Source: Iphione sp. A-MEVVRFRX5
Lineage: Eukaryota
Direction of reading: 5' to 3'
Length of the DNA stretch: 64,000 nt
Assembly (NCBI GenBank): GCA_976226885.1
Contig: OZ320316.1
Location: 37,262,001 to 37,326,000, forward strand
Shown here: positions 9,643 to 21,700 of the stretch, piece by piece
Layout of the letters: each line of letters starts with the position of its first letter
How positions within the stretch are numbered: the stretch's first letter is position 1
Program-made: the position numbers and the translations under genes
Notes under the pieces: model-generated
What the model was told of the DNA's origin: nothing
Database searches by the model: none
What the model saw: the letters and a program-made list of their open reading frames with translations, nothing else

Positions 9643-12286
9643 AATGTAAATATTCAATCTTTTTGTTGTTTAATTCCAAGGAGGGTCCAGGGAAATGAAA
9701 CGGAACATACTGTTGTCAGTGGAAATATTAAGCGGACAACCAAAATCATTATAAAGCAGTGAGGAAAACCTCGGTCGTTTTTGAAAGTATCTTTGGAGAT
9801 TTATAGTTAAATATACCACATTTGTTATCAGTTCTAGGCGCTCAGTCTACAAGTTTAATGACGCTATCAAGCTCCTCACCCTACAGGCCAGCTCTTGCTG
9901 ATACCTTACTGGATGTCAGCCCGATTCGTTGTCCTTCAAATCCCTCCCTGCAATGCGGTATAGCGACCTCGTATAACTGAATGGATGAATGTTTCCAGAA
10001 TTCAGCCTGTCAGTTATCAGTAATCTACCTACTCTGTAGATTCTGTTTACTTCAGACAAGGATTGATGCCGCACTTATCGAACCAGCACTCGAATGGACT
10101 TCAAATAAAAGCTATTACGCGATCATATTGAGTCTGCCTCCCCCGAGGCATGTGCGGCAGAGCAAGGCAGACAATGGCATATTTCATTATAACGATTAAT
10201 AAATTATTGGTTGGTATAAGCCTGTATCAACGTCCCCTCAAAATCATCCCACGCTCTAGGAATTTATTTTGCAGGGAATAAATTGTAAGTTGTTAAATTG
10301 AATAAAAATCATTACTCAACGATATAATGTGAAAGGTTGGCAGGGGAAAATGTTTACGCACCCGTAATGTAATCTTTGTAGCAAACGGCACCATTGTGCA
10401 TAGGAAATTGCATTCTTTCTCTACTGCTATTTGCCAGTCGATGTTATTTTCAGTATGAACGCTTACACACAAATTGTCAGAAGATTACAAACTAGATATA
10501 AAACCACATTAATTCCGTTTAAACTTTGAAAATGACACTACAAAAAAGACATGTAATGTTTTTCTTATGGGTGCGCCTTTCGGAAAAGCTTTGACGGTGA
10601 GTATTGCAATGTAGAGATCCACAGAACAACACACCACGATATTATTTCGGTCTATTGATATGCGAGATTGTAACGTATCATCTATTAACAAAGGTATAGG
10701 GGAGCACTATCCTTATAATTCAACACTGGCTTGTAAGAGCACTGCAATTCTGTACAGTAAATAATCCGAGAAAGTTTCGGAACCTTACATGTATTGATTT
10801 TTTTTGGATGATTTATGACAAATAGGACAAAAGTAGAAATTAAGATAATATATCCTTGTAGCAGATTACTTAGTGTAAATTAAAACCTATCCCTGGCGGA
10901 TAGTCTTCATTCTCTGCAGTAACTGGCTCAGTTATGACAGAACCTTCACACTCATAATTATCTTTTGTCGTGTCGGGGATTGTTCCTAGCCAGGAAGTAC
11001 TAATAGTAATATGTTTTGGAGACTTTTGTGAACAGGTTAAGACATATGAAAAACATTTACAAGATTTTACCACATTTATAAATATCTTGTTAGGGTGCGC
11101 TAGAAGCTGCTTAGGAAACGTAGCGTCTAGCTAGCTTTCGGTGTTCGTATTTTACCTAATATTTCTATTATACGTAACGCTCACGTTTTCCTCAAGGAGG
11201 CAGCATATAAGAGAGCCTGCACACTCCAGTAGAGGGCAGATAGGGGCCCTGCTTCGCAACTTTAGTATTGGTCACAAGTGTCTTGATCATTCAGACACAT
11301 AACTGTATTAACGTGTAGAGAATCTCCGAGTTAGGTTCCTCGAATAGTTTTGAAAATTTCTCCGGTCAGGGACTGTGCATTTTGTTAAAACGTATTCTGT
11401 GAACAGAAATCAAGGCAGATAGGATCGACCTGTTGTCTTATCGAACAGCACTGACTACATTTGTATTCCTCCTGCCATACGGTTATCTAAAGAAAGTACA
11501 ATGTACATGTATAGGCCTCAGTACTAAGAGATTCATCAGATAGACTTCATGGAGGTGGGTGGGGGCTGGCTGGATTTTGATTCACTACTGGGGCATCATT
11601 CTGGAGTTGATGCTTCAAGGACAATGGTCCAAGCTATTTTTATTCTGACTAGTGGCGATCCATTTGTTTCCATCGTGTTTCATTTTTCAGTATGCTCTCT
11701 GCTTGTAATGCCAAGGATATATTAAAAGAAACAGAACATGTATACATGATAGATTACTTAAATGACAATATGTGACCAAATACATTGTACTCCTCTTAGT
11801 CAATATGAGGAGTGGCCAAATACTTTAGTGAAATACGCCACGAGGTAATCGAAACATTCGACATTTTTAACAAGGTATAGATCTCTCATACATGGGTTCA
11901 GTGTCATCGCGTCTGCTGAAATCTGGCTAAAAATGTTCTTAATTGCTCCAATAATGAGGTTTTTGCGATGAATTTTTTTCAGAAAATAGTTCATGTGTGG
12001 AGGTCAGGTGATACCGTCTAAAAAGGTAAGAACATCACATGCGTTTCCGTGGGGCAGTATGCTGTGATGACGTATGCAAAATAGACCTCATCCATTACTT
12101 ATCTTAAATAGTTGTAAGGACTTTGCCTGAAGTACTAAATAATCTGAAGTAATAAATCACTAAATATTGTCAATAACAATATTGCTTGCTTGCAATGTTC
12201 AGAATATCGATGAATTTCGAGATATGGGTCTTCAAAGTAAAGAGGTCTGACTAGGTAGTTTTACACTTCCGGTAGGTACCCATCTA

Positions 12287-12829
12287 CAGTAATACACGAC
12301 GACACGGTTTCGTCCGCCATATTGGATTTAGCGTTTTGGCGAGTAAACAAACCCATGTGCCCATTGAAACCTATAGTAAAGAAGGCAATGTTGCAAGTCC
12401 CACTGCAAATGAACTATAGAGTCTAAAAATCTAAAAATTCACAGAATATGAGGAAAATATGTCTGCTATGAGTATCTAAGAGCATTAGTGTCTGCAAAAT
12501 TTCTTTTTGGAGAATTTAGCCAGTTTTCAAAGTGATGTTCTTGGCTGTCAAACACTGGAGTATAGCCATTTTCCAAGCCCTGAATCTTTCAAGATATTCC
12601 ATTAAAAAGCATCTCCTTTGGCAGAAATGCTCTTCATGATTAGTTCTATGGTTATAAAATACATAAAGTTTATTGGAAGGATATTTCATGATTGTCTAGT
12701 CCCTTTAAATGAGCACATGGCTTTGTTTTACTCACATTTTCTCCAGCCTCACTTTCATATGACCTGACCTTTTCCCATATTTGGGCAAAATCCAATGTGG
12801 CGGACGAAACCGTGTCATCGTGTATTACT
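12287..12829. mobile_element. About 540-bp MITE with 41-bp TIRs (possibly Tc1/mariner-pogo type)
   Basis: 12288-12328 AGTAATACACGACGACACGGTTTCGTCCGCCATATTGGATT matches the reverse complement of 12789-12829 at 39/41. The left end reads TA|CAGT; the right flank is degenerate. Confidence 0.7.
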
Positions 12830-15800
12830 AGAAGAAGCCCTCTCGGGCTACGAACGAACGATATTTGACACATAGGAGCATATTTTGTGATAATTTTCTC
12901 CATTTTCATAGGTGAAATAATTATACACTCTTCTCTTGGAGATGTATACAGTGATCACTGTCGATAGGGTGCGATTCACTCTATAGAAAAGGAACTATTA
13001 GTGCTTTCCTCCAAAATACTGGCCACCTAGTGTTCAAATTATGAACTAATTCTAGTGGTGTTATAGTATGGTCAGGACTCAGTTAAACTATTATATAGTT
13101 TATAATTGTGTACATACGTTTATTATTGTATACATAATGTATCATTTATTTGTTATACACATCTCTAAATGTAGATCATTAAAAGAAATAGTTTTTGATG
13201 ATCAAAGGATTCAATTAGTGCAAAGGTAGGTATGATTATAGAGTTTCAAGGGCAGAATGTATAAGTGGTTCTGCACAGCAGCACCAGCCTGAGCTAGTTA
13301 CCAGAAGGTTTAGCACTGTCAACCTACAGTTAGCAGGGAAGTCAAGGTTTTCACACAAGGGAAAAGAAGAAAGTGCAAGAATGAACACTGCAGTAATTAC
13401 ACAGGTCTGAAAGCACAACAAGATAAGCTAATGTTCCGAGTGTACATCAGCGTCAATATCTGTAGACCCACTAAAAAGGCTCAGATTTTAGCAGTCAGTG
13501 TAGACACAACATACAGGAAAGGAAGATACACAATATGAGAAGGCTTTTTTTTCATGCATAAGTTGTTTATAATTATTTGGTGTGAATTACTTATAGGGAA
13601 ATTTGATTAAATTGAAGTCTGCATTTCTGATATAGCCTGTTATATATGCTGTTCCTAATACGATGACAGATCATTGAGATAAATCAAATTCCGTATGTGT
13701 ACATCTCTTGTCATCTCTTGAAAATGGATTTATGCTTATTTGTTTATTCATGTTACATTTTTATTAGAACCATATCTATGGATAGAGAACATATTGGAAT
13801 GCATGAAGCATTCGGAGTCAATAGGAGTTGTACGAAAATGCGTACAGGCTGTAAGTGACAGGTGGAGACAAAAATGCATAGCCTAATTTGAATATATGAA
13901 AAGGAATTGCATTAATTAGTATGATTTATATTACTTTAAATATAATACCTCCTTCAAAGCAACCTTTAAATAACACCCCAGTTTGTCATATCCCAAGACT
14001 TTCATATTTGAAGTTTAAAGCTTATCTGATATGAATGAAAAGGAACTTAGCTCATAATCTATAAGGGGTACGTGCTCCAGTTAGTGCCGTACATTGCTCC
14101 TACTGAACAAGATCCTCCCCTTTATGTAATATATTGTAGAGGCCACTGGACAGTTACGACATGCCACCAGTTTTAAAGACAGAGATTTATTACTGAAGAG
14201 GTAAACGGGCAAAAGTACTCTAAGGAACTGCAAGACTGAACACCCACCCAAGTTGGGCTGACGACCCTGGGTACTGGTTTTATATAGGGGTGTGAAGCCC
14301 CTGGTGTCATCAGCATGCCACACTCCACAACGTGGTGAATCATTGTGCTGCATGCCATAGATTAATTTCTCGTCAATGTGATTTGCCACTATGTTCACAA
14401 CATGGTAGCAGAGGCCATTGGTGGAAACGTGCCTGTTCTGTAGATCTTTCGTGTTCTGCTCCTTCAATTCTTTTTCTTTGAGCTACTTATTAGGATTATT
14501 ATTTTGATTCGTTCGACCCTGGAAATAATAAGTGCCGTGCTAAAGAGAACTAAACTAATAACTAATAATATTAATCTATTTTTATTCCTGGATTTTTCAT
14601 TCATAAGAGAAGTGGCAGGACAAGTGAGCATTAGGCTCTATAGCCGCGAGGAACACTACATCCTACTTCTCCATTCACCGTGACCTTCAGCATGGGTCAT
14701 AGGAGTAGGGGGCATTACTGCCGAGCCAGCAAAAAGACCCCTTGTTAGAAAGTTCCTACCTTCAAAACCATGAAATATGCCCGACTACCCTTTCGCTGAT
14801 TGAGGATTTGACCTCGAACACTAATCGACAACCTTTTATACCCAGGGAGTCTTGCTTTCAGCTGGATGGATGATGAGAAACCGTTTGCTATGTGATGAAA
14901 TAGACTGCCTGATTGACTGCGAAAACACATTTGGTAAGGCAACGTTTACCTTCCTCCATTTACCAGAAACGGCGTGTCTTTTAGAAGCATCAGTTGAATT
15001 GACATCCATAACAAGGGTTGTTCGAATTCCCTTTTGTTGGTATTCGTTTGATGCTAATTATGCATCCAAAGACAAGTCATTGTATAACCATTCACTAAAG
15101 AGACGTTGTCGGCGACGAGAAACTTGCACCTTGCTGATTTTTGAATAAATAAGAGTTGCTGTATGCGACAAAGTTTTATTCCGGATGTAATCGTCAGCAT
15201 CTCGCGTCATACGGTGGTTTGGGGTCGAGAGGAATTCCATGCACTCCGTTATAGATGCAATCATTCAATTCTGACACATACACCTCCCTCGGAAATCGGA
15301 TCCCATATAGTGTGCAGTGACATATATCATTTACAAATATATTATACTATAGTGTTCTAGAATGCAACGTTTTCTACATGTGCATAGCGATCTTACCACG
15401 ACAGAAAAACTATACATATGTACTTTTGTTTTGCACCATGCGACCTCCAAAAGTAATTTGGTAGTTTGATATTTTAAGGCATCAACGTTATTTATCTGTG
15501 CCTGCCCTGCTAGACCGCTACATACAGTTGTATACCTAAGGTACGTTTGCTCAGGCCCAGGCAGCAATATACATTATGTATAAGTACCATAGATATTTTC
15601 CTTTGGTTTTGACAGTTGTTCCACTGAAAACTGCATCCGAGATCAGAATAATGATGTCACAGTTGGATATGAGAAAAACATACATTGATCCGATGTGTAA
15701 ATTGTGATACTCCCACCAAAACAGAAGACAGTTGTGCGTAAAGATGACTATTAATAAATGCCCGAGTTTCGACGCTAACAGTCGCTCTCATCAGACTCCA

Positions 15801-16199
15801 TACGGTAGAGCACATATCCACATCCTCCTTACATTGTAGAGTATATCTAAATTCCGGTATCTTTACCCGAATGAAGAACTTCGACGAATGCTTTTTCTGA
15901 CGTTCAGTTTTGACGCTATAGAAACGATATTGGAAATACGCTTTCATTTATGCCGCTCTTTAAAGGCACGTCCTATACTTTATACTGCTCATGTGATGCA
16001 AGTATACAATGGGATTGTATCTCACCGATGAATGCTTGACCTACGAAACCTGTCTTCAGGAGATGGCTCTTGATCACTTATATTTAGGATAAATTAGCTG
16101 ACTAAGGTTGGGTTTCCATGTGCGGGTGTTACCACGGGCATGGAAGTTAATCTGATGCCTACTGTGCAAACAGTGAACATCGTAGGAGTGTTTTCATGT

Positions 16200-17800
16200 T
16201 ACGAAGTTTTTCTGCGATGAAAATTCGGAAAATGACAGAAAACAGAGAAATTCACATGAAATTGGTCAAATCATGGTAAAATGTATGCAAAATGAGCTTT
16301 AACTTGGTAGAATTCTTTCAAAATTGGTTGAAGCGTGGCAGAATCATGTAGTTTTCCCCCCAAAAAACAACCAAATTCACATTCATTTGTCCGAAAGATG
16401 GCAAAATTGATGATACATGTGCAGACATGTGCACTTATGTACAGCAATCTACAGGAATATGTTCTTTTGGGCAGAAAACATAGCTAACATGGTTTTTCAC
16501 CCTCACTTTTCATATACTGCTAGGGAAAACTTAGCCGTGTCACCATGAAAAATGAAACTTGTCCTATGTTGGATGCACAGACCACACAGACACGTTACAT
16601 GCACACAACTCATGGATACTTGGAAGCAGTCCTCCTGTTTAACATGCTACAAAAACATGTTGAAAACTCACTTACATGCCCATGAAAAGACACATTCATG
16701 GAAACCTAGAATCACGAGGGTACAAGGCAATGGGAACATGTTAACCAGACTTTGAACAACAGGGTTATTTCTTATGATGCTTGCCGCAAAAATTTAAAAG
16801 AAAGCGTTGCAGACAGAAATGACTTACAATATAGTAGCAGTAAAATGGAATCACTGTAAATATACAACAGACAGTGGTCTTATATATAAAGAGTTTGCTA
16901 GAGACATGGCACAATCTGCTTTTGACAATGGAAAATTAATATATGCAATCTGTATACCAAATGATGATGTCATGTACACATGAAAAGTGAATGTTCCATT
17001 TGATTGTGTCTATGTCGAACTTCAGAGATAAAATAAATAAAAGACTAAACTTGCATGTGAGTAATGTTGACTTTAGGCATGTTTTTATGGCTGCGGAAAG
17101 TAAATCAAATAACTATGGTATGAACACATAGTATAACATGTAAAATGTCATTTTCGTCTATGGAAACACTGAAAAAGGCTAGAAAAGGAGCAAAAGTCAT
17201 GTACATTTGGCTGAAAATGGCAGGATTCATGCAAACTTAACCAAAAAAACTAAGCAAAAGGGCAAAATTATGCAAATACAGCCAGAAAATGGCAAACATT
17301 CATGTAAATGCAGCCACAAAGTTGCAAAATTCACGTAATTGTCACTGAAAAACAGCAAAATTCACCTATATTGGACAAAAATGGCATAAATGATTCAAAG
17401 ATGTACAGACATGTACAGCAAAGTGTAGGAATATGTTCTTTTGGGCAGGAAATATAGTTAATAAAGCCATTTCACTGTCACTTTTCATGCATTACTAAAA
17501 AAAAAATATGGCCATGTTTCAGGCTAGAGTTCTGGGTATGTGTGTCACCATGAGGCATGCAGACATGTTTTCAAAGTATTTTTAATACACAAATATAGAT
17601 GAGTGTTCTTATGCATATGTGCATCATGTAGAGTGTTTTCACGAGAGTGTTGCTGTGTGTGAAAATGGAAATTGTCCCATTTTGCCTGAAAACACGGCCA
17701 TGAACAGTGACAGTAAATTGACTTTCTTGGCTATGTTTTCTGCCACAAAGAACATATTCCTGCACATTACTGCATATGTCTGCTGCACATGTTTTGAATC
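16200..17800. repeat. Composite repeat: degenerate ~30-bp minisatellite arrays plus a thrice-repeated ~90-bp module
   Basis: Arrays at about 16200-16420 and 17190-17400 (consensus approx. AAAATGGCAAAATTCATGCAAATTTGGCC). The module core AGGAATATGTTCTTTTGGGCAGAAAACATAG occurs near 16453 (+), 17427 (+) and 17730-17762 (-). Confidence 0.6.
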
Positions 17801-18199
17801 CCATATGTCTTTGAAGCTTTCCAAATGTAGCATTTGTAATAAAGCTACAACACATTGTACCTATAAATCCCAGGATGTTTCTACTCGTATCTAACCTTAT
17901 CACTTAATGCAACTTTCATTTTATCCGTTAGGATGTCGGGTTGCTGACTGGCTATGTCGGAAGGCTATAGCTACGCATTGGCCGTGTAGGCTTCGTGTTT
18001 ACGGAAGGCTATAGAGGCGCTTCTTCCTCCATGTTAGTCACTCCCAGTCAGCAATACAAGTAACGGCTACAATTTCACACACCGGTCCATATATGTGCTG
18101 TCTTAACAACCAGTCTCTCACGGCCAAGACCTGGCCAAGATCTGCGTTACCTATGGGCCCTAGAGCATTGGTAGGCTATACAGATAAACGATAAATCGT

Positions 18200-18700
18200 T
18201 GAGTGTGGCCCGAAGCTGTGGCGGTCCCTATTATCAGGACCCAAGAAGTTTATCGATATTGAGACCTTGGAGGCCGACAAGCATTAAGCTTCCAGTAGAC
18301 TTTGCCAAGCGGTCTTTTCCACTCAAAAGACCTCATCTTGCCATTCGGTGACATTGTTATGTGTGATTAATCAAAACGTTTCCATAGGCGATTCAATGAC
18401 AGATTCCTACCTCTGGTACACCAACCATCTCCATTAGTTGGTTCACCAAGGTTCCAGGTGTCAGTCTCCTGCAGAGACAATTGCTAACTACAAACTCAGT
18501 ACCATAAATGATCTAGACGACAGAGTAATAGATGAACAACTTCGCATGACATCGAGCTGAAATCTGACCCTACCTGTGACGTACACTAACCAACACTCCG
18601 GTCACTTGGACCACCCCAGGCGGAGTAGCCGGTCAAAGTATGTCGGCAGAAGAAGTGCACTAACCGAACATATCAGTACCGCTGTTGCAAAGCTTTTGTT
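18200..18700 (+). mobile_element. Decayed CR1-like LINE 3' fragment
   Basis: Frameshifted pieces GPYYQD..SL / IETLEA / DFAKRS and CTNR..Q resemble the C-terminal region of CR1 ORF2. Confidence 0.4.
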
Positions 18701-21700
18701 AACCCGAGGCTAATTTGATCGTAAAAACGTACATGCACTGACCACCTGGGTCAGGATGATTACATTTGGGGTCAAAAGTGTTGACCTACGCCATAACGAG
18801 TTGACAATAAATAACTGGAATACTGTTAATTTCGAACTATGCCTTATGTGATGATAGGTTTACAAAAGCAGGTCCTGAACTCAACAAATCTATTCCACTT
18901 CTCCTTGGGCATAATGGCTGTTGATATGTCTTTGTAAATACATGTCTTCGGGACCGCAGATAGTAATAAATATTTCCATGTATTGCCCCACCAAATACTT
19001 TACCAGCTATCTATCAAATCATTTTTTCATGGTTTATGTTCAACGAGTGATGCAATGTCGTTTGTATTTTAAATAACGTTTACACTTAAATTCTCTAGAT
19101 CTGTATGTCAATATTTCATTCTACTCATTACAAAATCTTGTCTCATGGCTCTCTTTTCTGGATAGGCAATTGCAGATAATTGCAAGAGGGTGCTTCTATG
19201 GAAGTTAGCAACATCTTTGCTTGCCGGTAGTTAGGAGCCTGAATTTAGTAATGTCCAAATTGTGACATATCTTTTTTAGGTTATACAGTGTTACGTTGTT
19301 TGCTTAGGTTTCAATAAATCTGGCACTTCAAATATGGTGATCCCTTAATAATGTATTTCATAGTACAGGCGAACGTGCTGAAAAACCTTGTATTAGGTTC
19401 TGTTGCTGATAAATTAATTAATTAATTGTTGATAAATTAATCTTATATATAAATATGCGTGTTGTACATTTATATTGTTACCTCCAGTATCTTCCTGAGA
19501 ATGTTGCCACTTCTCTAAAAATATGTTTCACGTTATCATGAGGAGTCTAACATAGTGCATTGACAAACTGGTGGGTGCATAAATTGTTATGATGTTTCAT
19601 TGATATCACCCGACATTCTTCTGCTCCCAGAGATCAACATACGCACATACCATAAATGATAAAGTACCTGTCAAGAGATTCTGACAAATGATTCATGGCG
19701 TTCTATATGGCAACTGCCATTGGGCTGCCTTCTGGATAACCTATTACGCTATTCTGATGATATTGATCACGTATATGCTATCATGATGGGCACTGCTAGA
19801 GACCCATTCCGTATTAGTTTGTTTATCGTTTCCGTATTGTTTGTTTATTTGTCAGATATCAGTCTCGCGTTCACCTGCAGAAGATTTCATATGAAGACAG
19901 AGGTCATCCAAAGTCGAAGCATCTTTACGTGCAACTCAGCTCCTGCTTGAATTTAAGCTCGTCAACTTTAGGTTATGGTGCGCTCTAAGGCTTTATTGGA
20001 CTGATCAAAAATGATCAATAATGTTTCGTTAATCTAATGAATTTACATTCCGAAACAATAAATTTCCTCAACTGAAAAGAACAACTTGTTGGGCATCTCT
20101 CAAAGTTCCATTACTGTTTGCGAATGTGGATCTATTCAAAAGCTTTTTGTGGTTTTCGTCTGGTGGCCCATTGTCTGGACAGTATAATGTGTTTCGGCAC
20201 ATCACCAGGTGTTTGATGGAAAAGTTGCTACATCTTTGTCGTCCTTAGGAACTAGGCTGCTATGACCCGGGTTACTGTCAGAATGCGTCTCCGTACTTGT
20301 ATGCATCGTGACTTACATAGTGGTGTTGACATTGACCATCAGATGGCTTGATGCCTACCTGCTATCGCCTGGCAACCTCAGCCTACATTGTTTGAGTTAC
20401 TGGCCAAGAACATTGCCACGTTCGTTCTTTGATTTTTGATTTGTCTACGATTCTTTAGACTAAAACTGGGGATCACGTTTGTATGATTTACGTGATTAAA
20501 TGCATTGCATTAGCCGGGCACGTCATGGAACGATATCATACCACTTACAAATTCCTGTCTAAAGCTAATGGAAATTAAAATGGTGGGATCTCCACCGCAG
20601 TCACAGTGTCTTTGTTCCCTGTTTTAAAGTGTTCATTCAGTTCATTGTTTATGTTGGTTCTCTGGACCTACCTTCCATCTTTTTTCACAGCGGGATTGAA
20701 GTTTGCTTTTCCGTGCTGACAGCTTCCTGTTAGTCATTACCTCCCCATTCTCTCTCTAGACTATCAGTCTATCACACATCTGTTTCTCATTAGGATATAT
20801 TGTTTAGTCGTGCATACAAACCTCATAGCCTGCAATGCTGGAGACTTCAGAACCTGATACTTGGAATCAGCCATCTCTCTCCTGAGAACGGGGGGGTTCA
20901 TCACTCTATCTTTCTTATTTCCCAGGTATGTCCCTCGTTCTTCATGTGTGACGCACATATTGCCGTGGTCGAGGATTTGATAAAAGAACTCATTGACTCA
21001 CTGAAATTTGAAAGGGAGTTCAACGAAGCTGAGACTGATGTACTCAGGCGTAAGCACCAGCCAGGAGACAAGCAGCGGGAGCGTTTGTACGATGCTACAT
21101 TGAACTCCTTGAATGATGGATGAATAGGATTCACATTCTACACTAGGCGCATGGGGTTTGTTCGGCTCTCTTTTTAGGTTGGCAGTGTGAGGTACAAATT
21201 CTGTCTGGAAAGAGGCTATTAGGAGTCTACCGAATCTTGTGTTAGCCTGTTGCACCTAATAAGATCAGACTTAAGGAAACAACATAATCCCTGTCAAGTA
21301 ATAACATATTCTCCGATCAGCTTCACAAAAGGTCCCCAAAAGATTGTTTCCTCCATTGCATACTATACTGCTAGCTTAAATATTTACAATTACTAACGTT
21401 TCACCATGTGATCGACTTACTAGTGGCCACGACTCAAACTGGGCTTCAAAGTGCAAACACGATCATTTGACTTGGATGCTGTAAAGCAAAATGTCTGCGA
21501 CTTACTTTGACATCGGAATCCATGTGTGTGATCTGCTTCAGAGCTTTGATCTTGCTTGCACGGACTTTGTATTCAGCGGAGTCAAGAAAAGGCAGCCGCC
21601 TCCCTCCAACAATAGGCTATGGGTATTTTGCAATAGCACCATCGAAGATGCCTAAATCCACCCAAAGTGTGTTAATTGGCATTGCTTTACTCTGCACTTT

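Noticed and set aside
13020-13037. CTCF-like motif TGGCCACCTAGTGTTCAA
   Set aside because: Only a partial match to the consensus; expected by chance in 64 kb.
14081-14467. 128-aa minus-strand ORF; possible LTR-like segment with CTATATAAAA
   Set aside because: No recognisable domain, no TG...CA ends or TSD found, and no second copy in the window.
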